NCBI RefSeq assembly: GCF_009914755.1
Contig: NC_060942.1
Length of the DNA stretch: 64,000 bases
DNA from: the human T2T-CHM13v2.0 reference genome, Homo sapiens
Reading direction: 5' to 3' (one strand)
Within the stretch, counting starts at the first letter, position 1, and the number at the start of each line of letters is the position of its first letter. Positions 1-14,760 of the stretch are shown here, in pieces. A model generated the notes under the pieces. The model saw only the letters and a list, made by a program, of their open reading frames with translations, was not told the DNA's origin and searched no databases. The position numbers and the translations under genes were made by a program.

Positions 1-65
1 GAAAGAAAGGGAAGGATAGGAAGGAAAGAGAAAGGAAGAAAGAAAAATTAGCCACACTGTTACCA

Positions 66-463
66 TAAAAATGCCCAGGAAGCTTCACTAGAAAGTCCTG
101 CATTACTACAATATCTCTGCTCATTCTTCTCATCAAAGAAGGGCAATTTTGTGAGGGTTTCAATAGGAAATCATGAGGCATCCACATTATAGTCCTGATT
201 GGGCTCCTTCTGACTCCTTTTTGTTTCCTAATCTTAGAAAATCTGTAAAGGGCATCCATCTTTTTTCAGTTAACAATGTAAAAAACACTGCATTGGCATC
301 GTTAAATTCTCAGGAGCCTGAGCTCTTTACAGATGGACTAAGTGGCACATCATCATTTACAAAAATGTCTTGAACTTGATGCCATTTATATTGAGAAATA
401 AAGCTTATATTTTCTTTTTATCCTTTAATTCCATTTTTCCATGAACTTTTTGAATTCCTCTTA
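66..463 (+). mobile_element. HSMAR2 mariner DNA transposon, 3' remnant
   Basis: ORF 173-373 reads HPHYSPDWAPSDSFLFPNLRKSVKG, the mariner YSPDLAPSD motif region. It ends in a TIR-like CATTTTTCCATGAACTTTTTGAA followed by TA at ~462. Confidence 0.85.
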
Positions 464-1354
464 TATACTAGAAATGGATGAGGTTTTTGGTATGTAAATG
501 ACCCTTGAGTAAAGCTGTTGGAAATCAGTTTGGGAAATTGTAACAGCATTTAAAAACTGGGATATGCTAGAAAAGAAAATATCAGAGTACATAGCACATA
601 CTAAATTTATTTTGTGAGGCTTGTATTCGTGTGTGTGTGATGTGTACATGTGTACTGAATCACTAATATATTTGAAATTATAGGTCAAGTAAAAAAAAGT
701 GAAAACCACCAATTTAGGCTGATTTTCTTAGAAGAGCCTGCCTTTTGCTTTAGATTCTCTCTTCTCCTTTTTTCCCCAAATCTTCCAAGTCCCCCCATAC
801 AGGCCAGCTTTGCTGGGTCTTCCAATCCCAGCCCCATTGAGTTGGAGAAACCTTTTCCCTCATTGTCAGAGCAAGCTGAGTGTCACCTGGCATATGTTAT
901 CAGAGAGAAGGATACCCTTCTCCAACAGTGCCCTTAGCCCAGAGAAATCTGTCATTAATGACAGAGGTCAAGATGCCATGGTTCTCAGGGACAGGAAGAT
1001 CATTTAGAGCCAGGAACCCATCCAGAGGTATCCAGGGGCTGGCAAGCATCCCTGTGCCCACAGATGAGGCTGGCCCTGCCCAGAGCCCCATGCTCAGCCC
1101 CGTGCTGGAAGGTTCTGTGTGCCTCAGGTATGTCCCATCCAGACAGACTGGAGAGATGCTAGACTGAGAGAGCTTTCATTAGAAGGATTTTAATAGACGT
1201 TAAAATATATTTCTGTCACTTGTGCCTCACTTCTCAACTTCTTCTCTACTAACAGTTATAATCATCATGACTGCAACTCAAAGTCCTTACCAAGACCCTC
1301 TTTGAATGAGAAAGCTCTGCCATGCCTTCCCTGTCATCATCCACTCTTGCAGCA

Positions 1355-1674
1355 CAGCTGGCCCTCTGTATCTGCGGGTTCCACACCGATGGATTCAACT
1401 GACCGTGGATCAGAAATACCCAGAAAAAAAATTATATCTCTACTGAACACATATGGCCTTTGTTTTTCATCATTATTCCCTAAACTATACAGCATAACTA
1501 TTTACATGGTATTTACATTGTGTTGGGTATAAGTAATCTAGAGATGATTTAAAGTATACAGCAGGTTAGAAGCAAATGCTAAGCCCTTTTATATAAGGGA
1601 CTTGAGCATCCTTGGATTTTGGCATCCAAAGGAGATCCTGAAACAACTGCCGCAAGAATACCAAGAGCCAACTG
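1355..1674 (-). mobile_element. MER2-like (TcMar-Tigger) non-autonomous DNA transposon
   Basis: CAG...CTG termini with imperfect TIRs; internal GGGACTTGAGCATCCTTGGATTTTGG matches the MER2 consensus as I recall it. Confidence 0.7.
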
Positions 1675-2189
1675 ACTGTCCTAACACCTCTGTGTCCTCC
1701 CATCTTCCACGTGGTGCCGTCATCCACTTCCTAAAATCTCTTCCATGCATTTTATACTTTCTATCTTGGCTGCAATTCCCCATCTGTTCACGTATGGTGT
1801 CCACTTTTCCACTAGATCGTCAACATGTTTGTCATAGTTGTTTTAAAGTCCTATTGGATAGTTCCGACATCTGGGCCAGGCCTGGGGTTGGTTCTGCCGA
1901 TTGCTCTGTCTCCTAACAATAGGTTGGGTTTTCTCTTGCCTTTTCCTATAACTTTTGTAGAGAAAAACGGAAGAGATTGGGATGAATGATATTGATGCCT
2001 GGAAATGGGCGTGCCTCTTGTCTTGTATGGACATCACGTCAGTGTGAGAGTTGGAGTTCATCTGGCCAGTGGTGAGCTGGGCTTGGGTCTTATGGTGGTG
2101 GTAGTTACCCTCAGAGGCAAAATCCCCTCCAGCAGTGGCCGCTGTGACCCTGGGCTTTATTTATGTTGACTCTGGGCTGTCAGATGATT

Positions 2190-2565
2190 GTTTTTCTTTA
2201 AGAGCTTTACTGAGATCACCTACCATACAACTGACCCATTTAAAGCATTCAATGGTTTTTAATGTAGTCACAGATTTGTGCACCCATCACCACAATCAAT
2301 TTTAGAACATTTTCATCACCCAAAAAGAAACCTCACTATCCTCGCCTGCACCTGCCACTTTCCTGACCCTACCCAGGCCCTGACGGCCCCTCCTCTACTT
2401 TCTCTCTGCTTCCTGTCCTGCTCCTTTCATAGAAGTGGACTCATATAGCATGCAGCCCCCTGCGCCTGGCATCCTTCACTCAGCACTCTGCTGTCCAGGC
2501 TCATCCTGTCTCGCACGCGTCAGTGCTTTGTTCCCCCTTATCGCAGCACAGTACTGCATTGTGTG
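2190..2565 (-). mobile_element. Old L1M 3'-end fragment
   Basis: CCATCACCACAATCAATTTTAGAACATTTTCATCACCC is typical of the L1MB/MC 3' UTR in reverse. Confidence 0.65.
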
Positions 2566-4347
2566 GGTGTCTGTGGGGCGAGGGGTTCTCCCCGCTCCTG
2601 TTCCATCCTCAGCTCTCCTGTCCCTGCTTGGCTGGCCCCAGAGGAGGCCTCCCTCCATGCTCTGGCTTGGCATTCAGTGTTTAACTCCTGGTGGAGGCTG
2701 GGGAGATGCCAGGTTCTCCTGGTCCAGTCTTGCTCCTGGTCAGGCCCCCTGAGCCTGGGCCTGAGGCTTTCTCAGTGCCCTAGGGCACCCTCCAGGCCAT
2801 CACACTCTGCCTGGCACTGTGGGGAGTGGCCTGGCCCTGCAAGGGAGCTCAGCTGGGGGAGCATAGCAGCCGCATCTGCACGCCTGCCCCTCTCACCAAA
2901 GCCCAGTGGAGGCCCTGGTAAAAGAGCTGCTAAGGGTTGGGTTCCCATGTCTGGGGCTTCCAGGCCCTATGAATGGTGGGACGAGCACACACACGTTGTT
3001 CATGGAGCCTGTTAGCATTTGAGACACTCTCCTTCCCACTTTAGGAGCCAGCTTGCCCCTGCTGGGCTTTGCCAAAAGTGGAATAGGTTGCATCTCCTCT
3101 CTCCTGGAAAGGCCCTGTCCCTCCTTGGAAGTTAGCTGGAACTCTATGCCCACCAGGCCTGTGCCCACTGCTGTCACCCTATCTGTGGCACTCTGGGACA
3201 GCTATTTGGGGCAGGGTCTAGCTCTTTGTATACCTAGAGCCAAGAACAATGCATGGTATGCAATTGACACTTAATATATGTGTACTGCATGAAAGAGAAC
3301 TGATAAATTAGTGATTCTTAAACAGGGGTGCACGGCAAGATTTCCGGGGAGTGAACCCCCCACCACATCATCCCCACCCCACCTCACTTGGAAGCACTGT
3401 CAGCCTTTGATTCAAGCCAGGGGGTCCCTGGGTCGGGCTCCCCCAGCATGAGTTCCCCGCAGAGTGAGCCTCGTGCAAGGCCAAGGAGATTTGCCTCTGT
3501 GTTGTAGGCCTCCCTCTGGGCACCCACCCTGGAACTCTCTGAGCCCTGGGCCTGCACCAAGGGATGTGGGCCCCACCAGCCTCCCTGCAGCAGGCCTCAC
3601 CACCAGCATGTGTGACCCCGCCAGCTCAGGGAGGGTAACCGCTTGGACGTATAGAGCCAGATGTTCACTGTGTTCAAACAGGGCCCCATGGTGCAAACAG
3701 GAGTTGCTAAAGATAAGAGGATCAGTTTGAGGGCTGGGGCCAGCTCTCCAACGTGGTCCAAATCAGCAGAGAATTCTGAACGACCCATCAAGAAGTTCTC
3801 AATTCAAACCTAGCCTACTAGAGTGACATGAAAGTACATGTTTGTCAAAGCATGAAAATAAAACATACTATTAGTAATATTCCATAACTTTAAACACAGT
3901 CATGTGCCCTGTGGGCCCCCATCTGCATACTTACCCTGGGCCCTGCAGATGTAGGGAGGGCCTGTGGTCCACACCCAGCCTCCAGCGAGGGTTGTCTTGC
4001 CTGTTTCACACACCACCCTCAGCGTTGGGTGCTCTGGGACCCCACGTTACAGCTGAGGGTCTCAAGGTGCACCGAGGCCAGTCATATGAACTACTGGCCC
4101 GTCATAAAGCACATGACTCTAGAGTCAGGCCCACCCCAGCAGTCTGACCTGACAGCCCCGCACTTTGCAGCTTCCCAGAGCCCCTTGTACTATGCTGGGT
4201 TGTCCCTGTCCCAGGCACTCCCTGGGACTCTCTAGAACAGGCTCCTCTCATAGCCATTTGGCCTGTGAGCATGGTTCTCTGGTTGATCAAATATTATTAT
4301 TTTAATACTCTATGTGAAATATTGTTTTTCTTTAAAAAAAAAATTTT

Positions 4348-4663
<316 letters not shown>

Positions 4664-4810
4664 TCAACAGCCAAGTAGGGCGTGTACTTTTGTAGGTAAA
4701 AAGTCTACCCAGTAGCTGTTTGGGTGACAGTGTTTTTGCTTACCGGCATCCACTTCTGTCCTTTTTCCAAGATCATGAAATGCATCTCAAAAAAAAAAAA
4801 ATTTTTTTTA

Positions 4811-5109
4811 GGCCAGGCACTGTGGCTCACACCTGTAATCCCAGCACTTTGGGAGGCTGAGGCAGGAGGATTACCTGAGGTCAGGAGTTCAAGACCAGCC
4901 TGGCCAACATGGTGAAACCCTGCCTCTACTAATAATACAAAAATTAGCTGGGTGTGGTGATGTGCGCCTGTAATTCCAGCTATTCGGGAGGCTGAGGCAA
5001 GAGAATCACTTGAACCCGGGAGGCGGAGGTTTCAATGAGCCAAGATTGCACCACTGCACTCCAGCCTGAGCGACAGAGTGAAACTGTGTCTCAAAATAAA
5101 TAAATAAAT
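4811..5109 (+). mobile_element. Alu (S-like)
   Basis: Full dimer with (TAAA)n tail. Confidence 0.9.
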
Positions 5110-5212
5110 AAATATGAAACGCTTCATGAATTTGCATGTCATCTTTGTGCAGGGCCACGTTAATCTTCTCTGTATCATTCCACTTCTAGTATACTGCTGC
5201 CAAAGCAAGCAC
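5110..5212 (-). pseudogene. U6 snRNA retropseudogene, near full length and diverged
   Basis: Reverse complement reads GTGCTTGCTTTGGCAGCAG...GATACAGAGAAGATTAACGTGGCCCTGCACAAAGATGACATGCAAATTCATGAAGCGTTTCATATTT. It is colinear with U6 including the ACAGAGA box, with CpG-decay substitutions. Confidence 0.93.
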
Positions 5213-6624
5213 GAAATATTATTTTGCAAAAGAATTAGAACCCAAGAGAATACATTTAACTTGACTGCGCAAACACAGTCTAGTGTTTAGCAGATCCCCA
5301 GGCCGCCTTTATAAACTTTGACTCCCCCATTTGTAACCAAGACTGCTCAGGCCGACTGACCTAAGAACACCATGGATCATGGTTACATTCATCCGCCCAT
5401 CGATACTGGCCCCTGTGCCCACTCACCAGATCAGGAGGACCATGGCTGCTCTTTCCGGGAGAACCTGCAGAGAGTAAATTCTGACAACGCTTCACTGAAG
5501 GCGCCAGATAGCAGGAGAGCTTATTCTCAGCCTAACTCAGAACTGATACCTGCTTGCCTGGCTTGCTGCTGGGAGCCGCAGGTTCCCTTCCCCAGCGAGG
5601 CAGTGGGGAGCAGGAAGTGTGTTCCAGTCCTTGAAGTCCACGTGGCAACTCCCAGGGCCTAGAGAGAGTCAACACTGGGGCACCCCAGCCTTCCCAGCCT
5701 CCCCATGGCACCCTCCCACTCTCCACTTCTTGTCCCGGCCTCTGCCTCTCCCTGCACAGTTGGCAGGTGAAATATCCACTTCTTTCTGGAGAAACTCCAT
5801 ATTTTATCTACCAAGAGGAACGTCACATAAAAACACCAGGGTCTGATGTCATTCATTTTTCCAGATTTGGGGGTTTAGTTGAAAATAACACCACTCACGG
5901 CCATTACCAGCCTAGTTCAAGAGCCCCATTGGCCCCTCCGGGTCCCCTTCCCCAGGGACTTCTCAGCATTTGGGGAGGACGAGACCCTCCTGTCTTATTC
6001 CTTGGTGCAGCCCAGAAAAGGGCGAGAGAGGAAGAAACACTCATCAGCCATCTCCCACGGTCCAGGTGTGTGTAAACACCAGCATTCAAATCTGGGCAGT
6101 GAGCCCGGAATCCTCTCTACACATGCATGAAACAGAAGGAGGCGTTCAGAGAAGCAAGACTGTGATCTAAGGCACAGAAGAGACGGGCAAGAGGAGGAGG
6201 AAAGTGAGCAGACAGGAGTGCACGGGTAATGTGGCTCGCCCAGAGCACCAAGTCATGAACGCCATCACTGCCTTCGACCCAGGTGAGGGGCCTTGTCCTT
6301 GCCTGCCCCCTCCCTACAGGGCCACTGGGATGAGCCCACAGCTCCTAGATGGCACCTCAGCCCCCCGGACCTCAGGAGTCCCTGCCCAGACCTCCCCAAA
6401 CCTACTCCTAGGGCCCCTTCTTCCCGCAGGGTGGCCTGGGATGGCTGTGAGTGGCTGAGGACTGAAGTGTCCACAGGCATGTACTGGAGACCCATCTCGG
6501 CGTGGGACAGAATTGGAGGTGGGGAGAAAGGCGGGTGTTGAAAGTGAGGACTGCAGGCTGAGACCAGCCCCCGCACTTCCACGCCCTGATGCAAATCAAC
6601 GAGGAGCCCAAGAAGTCTACCGAT

Positions 6625-6941
6625 TTCTTTTTTATTTTATTTTATTTTATTTTTATTGAGACGCGGTCTCACTCTGTCACCCTGGCTGGAGTGCAGTGAC
6701 ATGATCACAGCTCACAGCAACCTCCACCTCCCAGGTTCAAGCAATCAATCCTCCCACCTCAGACTCTGGAGTAGCTGGGTACAGGCATGTACCACCATGC
6801 CTGGCTAATTTTTTAACTTTTTGTAGAGACAAGGGTCTCACTATAATGCCCAGGCTGGTCTCGAGGTCCTGGGCTCAAGCAATCCTGCCATGTCAGCTTT
6901 GGAAGTTTTGGGATTACAGGCGTGAACCACTGTGCCCGGCC
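6625..6941 (-). mobile_element. Alu (J-like)
   Basis: (TTTTA)n tail followed by a reverse Alu body. Confidence 0.85.
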
Positions 6942-9310
6942 TAGCCTGAGAATTCTAAACTGGAACCTGGCTTTCCAGATACCATGGTGTATTTTTTAAG
7001 GTAGGAGAAGAGAATGTGTCCTCTACGCTTTTTTAAGTTTGGTTTGCGGCTTGTGTGCATTTGGACACACCGCGTCACAAACAGCCTCGCCCAGGAGGAG
7101 TGAGGGCCACAGATCGGGAGGGTAGGGGGCCCAGAGCCTGGAGAGCCCCAGGCCGGGCTCACAGGTCAGGGTTTCACCTGCCGGCTCCCAGAAGGGAGTG
7201 GCCAACAGACACCAGGGAAGTCAGGGTTGGGATTCAAAGAGAGGCCAAGGCTGCAGAGAGACTGGGAGCCACTTTAGGAAAGAAACGTGAATTCAGGCTT
7301 TGCACAGCAGAACTGTCCCCATGTCCTGGGGAGGCCTTGGTTCATTCTGCGGGGAAATCCCTTGTGTCTTGCGGGGCCCCGCCTCTGATGAGAGGGAAGG
7401 GAGATAAGCTTTGCAGGGGGAAGGTTTCCTCCCGGTCTCCTCACTCTTCGAGCACTGAGTTTCTCCAGACAAAGCGCACTCCGCGGGCACCAATCCCTGC
7501 AGACAGCGCAGAGCGCACAGCGAGCAGGAGCCCAGAAACCAGCAGGTCGGCTTGTCCCTTGTCAAATCCAAGTGACAACGGACTTCCGGAAGCCACGCTG
7601 ACACCTACTTTCTGGCTCGATCAGACCCCTGGACTTAAATTCCAGCCCAAGGGCTAGCACTGAAAGGGTGGCTATTTCAGCAAACGACCAAAGCTTCTAA
7701 AGTAGACACTTTCTTTTAAACCACTTGATGGCTGGATTTCTTAGAGAGAGAGACTAAAGCTGGAGGAAGGGTTCTTCCAGGGATGGCACAGGCCCTCCGC
7801 TCTCGGGCTCCCCACACTAGACTTCGGGCCGGCAGGATGGGTTAAGGTAGCACTCGTTGGAGTCAATAATTAAGCAATGGAAACAAACAGCCTAAATAAG
7901 GTTGTTGAGGACTCAGGAGAAGGTGGCTGATTAATCTCAGGCTCATAGTTTGAAATGGGAGCGCAGGGGCTGGGCTGTGGCCTCCTCATCTGCTCCCTGG
8001 GCGTGTGGCTGTGTAAAGAGGTGTGGGGACCCACAAGAAGGCCAAGGAGCAGCACTGGGGTGGAGAGAGCAGTGGGGAGGCGGGGACCCAAGGGTTAAAA
8101 AAAAAAAATTCCTCAATTTGGAAACATTTGCAAAACTCCAGAAGAAAAACTTTTAAAAGTTCTCCACTCCCTTCCAAACGTACAAACATGCACACACACA
8201 ATTAGGAATTTCCCAAAGTTTTCATCTGTCTAAAAAGAAAGTGCCAGTGCAAATTACAGAACATCGTCGCTTCCTCATGTGCGGCGTTTCTACGGGCCTG
8301 GGAGGGGACGCAGAGGCTACCCCGGTGGTCCCAGCCTGCAGCGTTCACGTGAGGAAACTTCCGCAAAAGCCCTGATGCATGCACATTCTGACTGCAGAGG
8401 CCAGAGCATCCCGCATTTTGGAGGCTGAAAGGCTCCCCTAGGATAACCTTTTCCGTTAACAGAGGAGTCCGCTGAAGCGCAGAGCTAACTGAAAACAGCT
8501 AGAATTAAAATCCAAGTCACCCGGCCGGCATCAGCAGTCATTCCTTTCCACCACACAAAACTGGCCAGGAAGACGGACTCTGGCGCGCCCTCCCAGGCCG
8601 AAGCGCATTTCTTCGCTAACGCGCGAGGAGTAGGCTGCATAGACCCGGCGCAGGAGGTGTTCATTTTCGGATCCAGCCCTGTAGTCACTTTAGCTAAACC
8701 CGGTTCCAAAGGGGTGGGAGTCGTCGGAGAGGAATGGCCTCTGTATCTCCGGAGACGGAAACACCAGGACGAAGAGGCCCTAAGAACGTGTGCCCGGGGT
8801 GCGACCGGGGGGTGGGGGGCAGGGGGCAGAGACCCTGAAAAGCTCCACTGCCGAACCCCAGGGCAGTGTCCCGGCTTGGCTGGACTGGGCGCGGGCGGCT
8901 GCAATGCTCCCGGGCGCGGCGCTGGGACCCCGCGGGCCACGTCGGCTCCGCTGCCCCGACGCCAGGGCCCGACTCGCGTCTCCCTCTGTCGGGGCACCAC
9001 AAGGGGCAGCGAAACGGTGGTGGGGGCGGGCGCCGCGCTCCTTCCCGTCTCCTCCCCGCCAGCTCCGGGCCCGTCCTTTTCCGCCCGGCTCCCGGCAAGG
9101 GTCCCCCGACTGGCGCCCGCGCGTCCTCCCTCGGCTGCTGCAGGCCGGGCCGCGGCGTCGAGCGGGGGCGGCGGGGCGGGGCCCGCAGCCATTGGCGAGC
9201 GGCGGGGCGGGGGCGGGGGCGCGGAGGGTCGGCCCCGGGACGCGCGCAGCCGGCCCGCAGTAGTCGCTGTCGTCCGCAGAGCCAGTTCCTAGCGCAGAGC
9301 CGCGCCCGCC

Positions 9311-9367
9311 ATGAGGGAGATCGTGCACATCCAGGCGGGCCAGTGCGGGAACCAGATCGGCACCAAG
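9311..9367 (+). CDS. TUBB6: Tubulin beta-6 (class V), coding exon 1
   Basis: Kozak GCCGCCATGA; [19 protein letters not shown]; GT donor at 9368; 57 nt. Confidence 0.98.
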
Positions 9368-9704
9368 GTGGGCCTGGCGCGGTGCAGGGCCTCTCAGCGG
9401 GTCGGCTGCTGGCGGGCCCCGGGTCTCCCGGCGCGACCCCCGCCGGGGCGCGCACCCGCTGTGCGCCCCTGGGTCCTCGGAGCCCGGTGCGGACCCGCGA
9501 GGGCCGCAGGGAGGGAGCGCCCAGGGCGTGGCCGGCCGGGGACCTTCTACTCTTCGCTCCCCACCCCCATCCCAACTGGGAGCGGCTGCCGGCGGCTCAG
9601 GCGCGCCTGGAATTCGGCCGCCGGGGCGCCTGGGGTGGGCGCGGGTGGCGGCGTCCCGGGCTCTGGGTTCTGAGCGTCTGTCCCCCCGCCTTGCCCTGCC
9701 CAAG

Positions 9705-9813
9705 TTTTGGGAAGTGATCAGCGATGAGCACGGCATCGACCCGGCCGGAGGCTACGTGGGAGACTCGGCGCTGCAGCTGGAGAGAATCAACGTCTACTAC
9801 AATGAGTCATCGT
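9705..9813 (+). CDS. TUBB6: TUBB6 exon 2
   Basis: AG acceptor at 9703-9704; [36 protein letters not shown]; donor GTGAGT; 109 nt. Confidence 0.98.
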
Positions 9814-10086
9814 GTGAGTAGCAAGGCCGCCGCGCCCTGCCCGGCCGGGACCCGCGTGGACGCTCCGGCGCCGCCTCTTAGCGCGGCGAGTTTGCTTCGG
9901 GAAAAGTTCTCTCGGGGTGTAGCAGGATGCCCGGCCACTCCCTTCGCTCCTCCGGGGCGGGAAATCCGCCGTCAGTTTATTCAAACAGCTCGATTCAGCC
10001 TATCCTGAGGGTCTGAGCGCTTGAACGGGACCACCCGTTAGCGTTGTGAAATCAACGTAGCGGTTCCTGCCCAGCCTTCTCTGTCT

Positions 10087-10368
10087 AGCCGGGCGCGGTG
10101 GCTCAAGCCTCTAATCCCAGCGCTTTGGGAGGCCGAGACTGGAGGATCATTTGGGGCCAGGAGTTCAGGACCAGCCTGGGCAGCATAGGAGACCACCCCC
10201 CGCCCCCCTCCCGCCCCGATCTCTACAACAATTTTAAAATTAGCCGGGCTTGGTGGCCCACCCCTGTAGTACCAGTTAACTGAGGGCTTGAGCTCAGGAG
10301 GTCGAGGCTGCAGTGAGCTGTGATCGCGCCACTGCACTCCAGCCTGGGTGACAGAGCGAGACCCTGTT
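10087..10368 (+). mobile_element. Alu (J-like) with C-rich insertion
   Basis: Alu dimer with an atypical C-run block at 10196-10217. Confidence 0.85.
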
Positions 10369-11185
10369 AGAATAAATTAGAGCGTTTCTCAAGGATCCTT
10401 GGGAAAAACAAAGCTTCCCCCCCCCCCCAGTTTAAAACGTATCTCTTATTGGGGATTCTTGGCTAAAAATTTGAGAAACGCTCTCTTAAGTGACTTTTCT
10501 GGTCCCTTGCAGACCTCTAAAAAGACTTTAACCTCCCTGGAAGTTGAAACTCCAGGCAGTTCTCAGCAACGAGTGGAGTTTTATTCATTTACGCAGCAAT
10601 GACAAAAGGCTGGGAACATCAGGGCATGGAAGATGAAATTTCTAGAGGACACTAAGGATAGTTCCAGTATACACTGCACTTCATGTTAATCCCTCACCCA
10701 GCTTGGGTACATCCATTTTCGATCTTGGCGAGTGCACTGCAGGACAGGAGTTGAAGAGCAGGTCCTATCTGGAATCATATTAACCGTGTCCTCACCGGGA
10801 ACAAGTTCTAGCCCAATTGGCATGAAATTTCCACACAAGAACACTCTGACTCAAAATGAGAGTGACTCTGGGGAAACAGCCAGTGGCGTGCTCCGGGTAA
10901 CAAGGTTCTCAGACTGCACATGGGCACATGTATGTGTATGCATGGGGGAGGTGTCACAAAGCAGAGAATTTCATCCAAACCTGGCAATTTGCTGTAATAC
11001 CTAGTTTATTTCCATGGAGCTAAAGTTGTAAAACTTCCTAACAGGAAAGAGGTGTCAGGGTGAGCTGGAAAATACAGTAGGCAGGAAGTCAGGGGACTTG
11101 ATTTCTCATCCTGCCTCTTCCTGGAACCTCCTCTGCCAGGTCATGCCTGGACTCGTTCCTCATTCCAGTGTTAAGGTTCTAGGAT

Positions 11186-11800
<615 letters not shown>

Positions 11801-11954
11801 AATTCTGTGATTCTAAGAAAGTTCCTGTACCCTTTCTGAAAAGACCCTGGTTGATCCATTCCAGGCAGCTAGAACTGGTGGGACTTGAAACGGGGAAGTC
11901 AATTACTTTAGAAACCTGAAAGTAACTCTTGTGGGTGGTTCTTTTCTCCTCCAG

Positions 11955-12065
11955 CTCAGAAATATGTGCCCAGGGCCGCCCTGGTGGACTTAGAGCCAGG
12001 CACCATGGACAGCGTGCGGTCTGGGCCTTTTGGGCAGCTTTTCCGGCCTGACAACTTCATCTTTG
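11955..12065 (+). CDS. TUBB6: TUBB6 exon 3
   Basis: Pyrimidine tract plus CCAG; [37 protein letters not shown]; donor GTAGGT; 111 nt. Confidence 0.98.
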
Positions 12066-12327
12066 GTAGGTTCCATCTTTCTCACTTTCTTCTTCTTCTT
12101 TTATTTTTTTAAATCAAATATTTTATATGCCAGATTTAAAGCATCATGTGTCATAGAAAAAGTGTGAATGGAAATCAGTGGTTCCCAGCCCCACCCCTCC
12201 CATCCCTAGCTGGGTTCATCACAAGGAACAGTTTTTTTTAAATCTTGACTTTTTTGGTGGGAAGGAACCTCTATATCTCTAAATGAAATTCTTCTACTGG
12301 TAGTTCTTGATTAAAAAACAAAAATCA

Positions 12328-12895
<568 letters not shown>

Positions 12896-12949
12896 CTATT
12901 TTAATGTTAGAGACCACATATCTATTGACATTATTGCTAAAAAAAAAAA

Positions 12950-14760
<1,811 letters not shown>

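Larger units (their letters stand above)
8500..10090. promoter_or_regulatory. TUBB6: CpG island / TUBB6 promoter
   Basis: Very high GC and CpG density spanning exons 1-2. Inverted CCAAT (ATTGG 9191-9195) is flanked by several GGGCGG GC boxes (9163-9220). No TATA box seen. Confidence 0.9.

Noticed and set aside
173-373. Transposase-like ORF as an active or domesticated gene
   Set aside because: Only a decayed C-terminal HSMAR2 fragment with upstream stops and a frameshift.
7055-7657. 200 aa ORF upstream of TUBB6
   Set aside because: Starts at GTG, with no recognisable motif and no supporting exon structure.
8485-9736. Several long overlapping ORFs (200-318 aa) on both strands
   Set aside because: Stop-poor GC-rich CpG island; low-complexity Pro/Arg/Gly/Ala translations with no recognisable domain.
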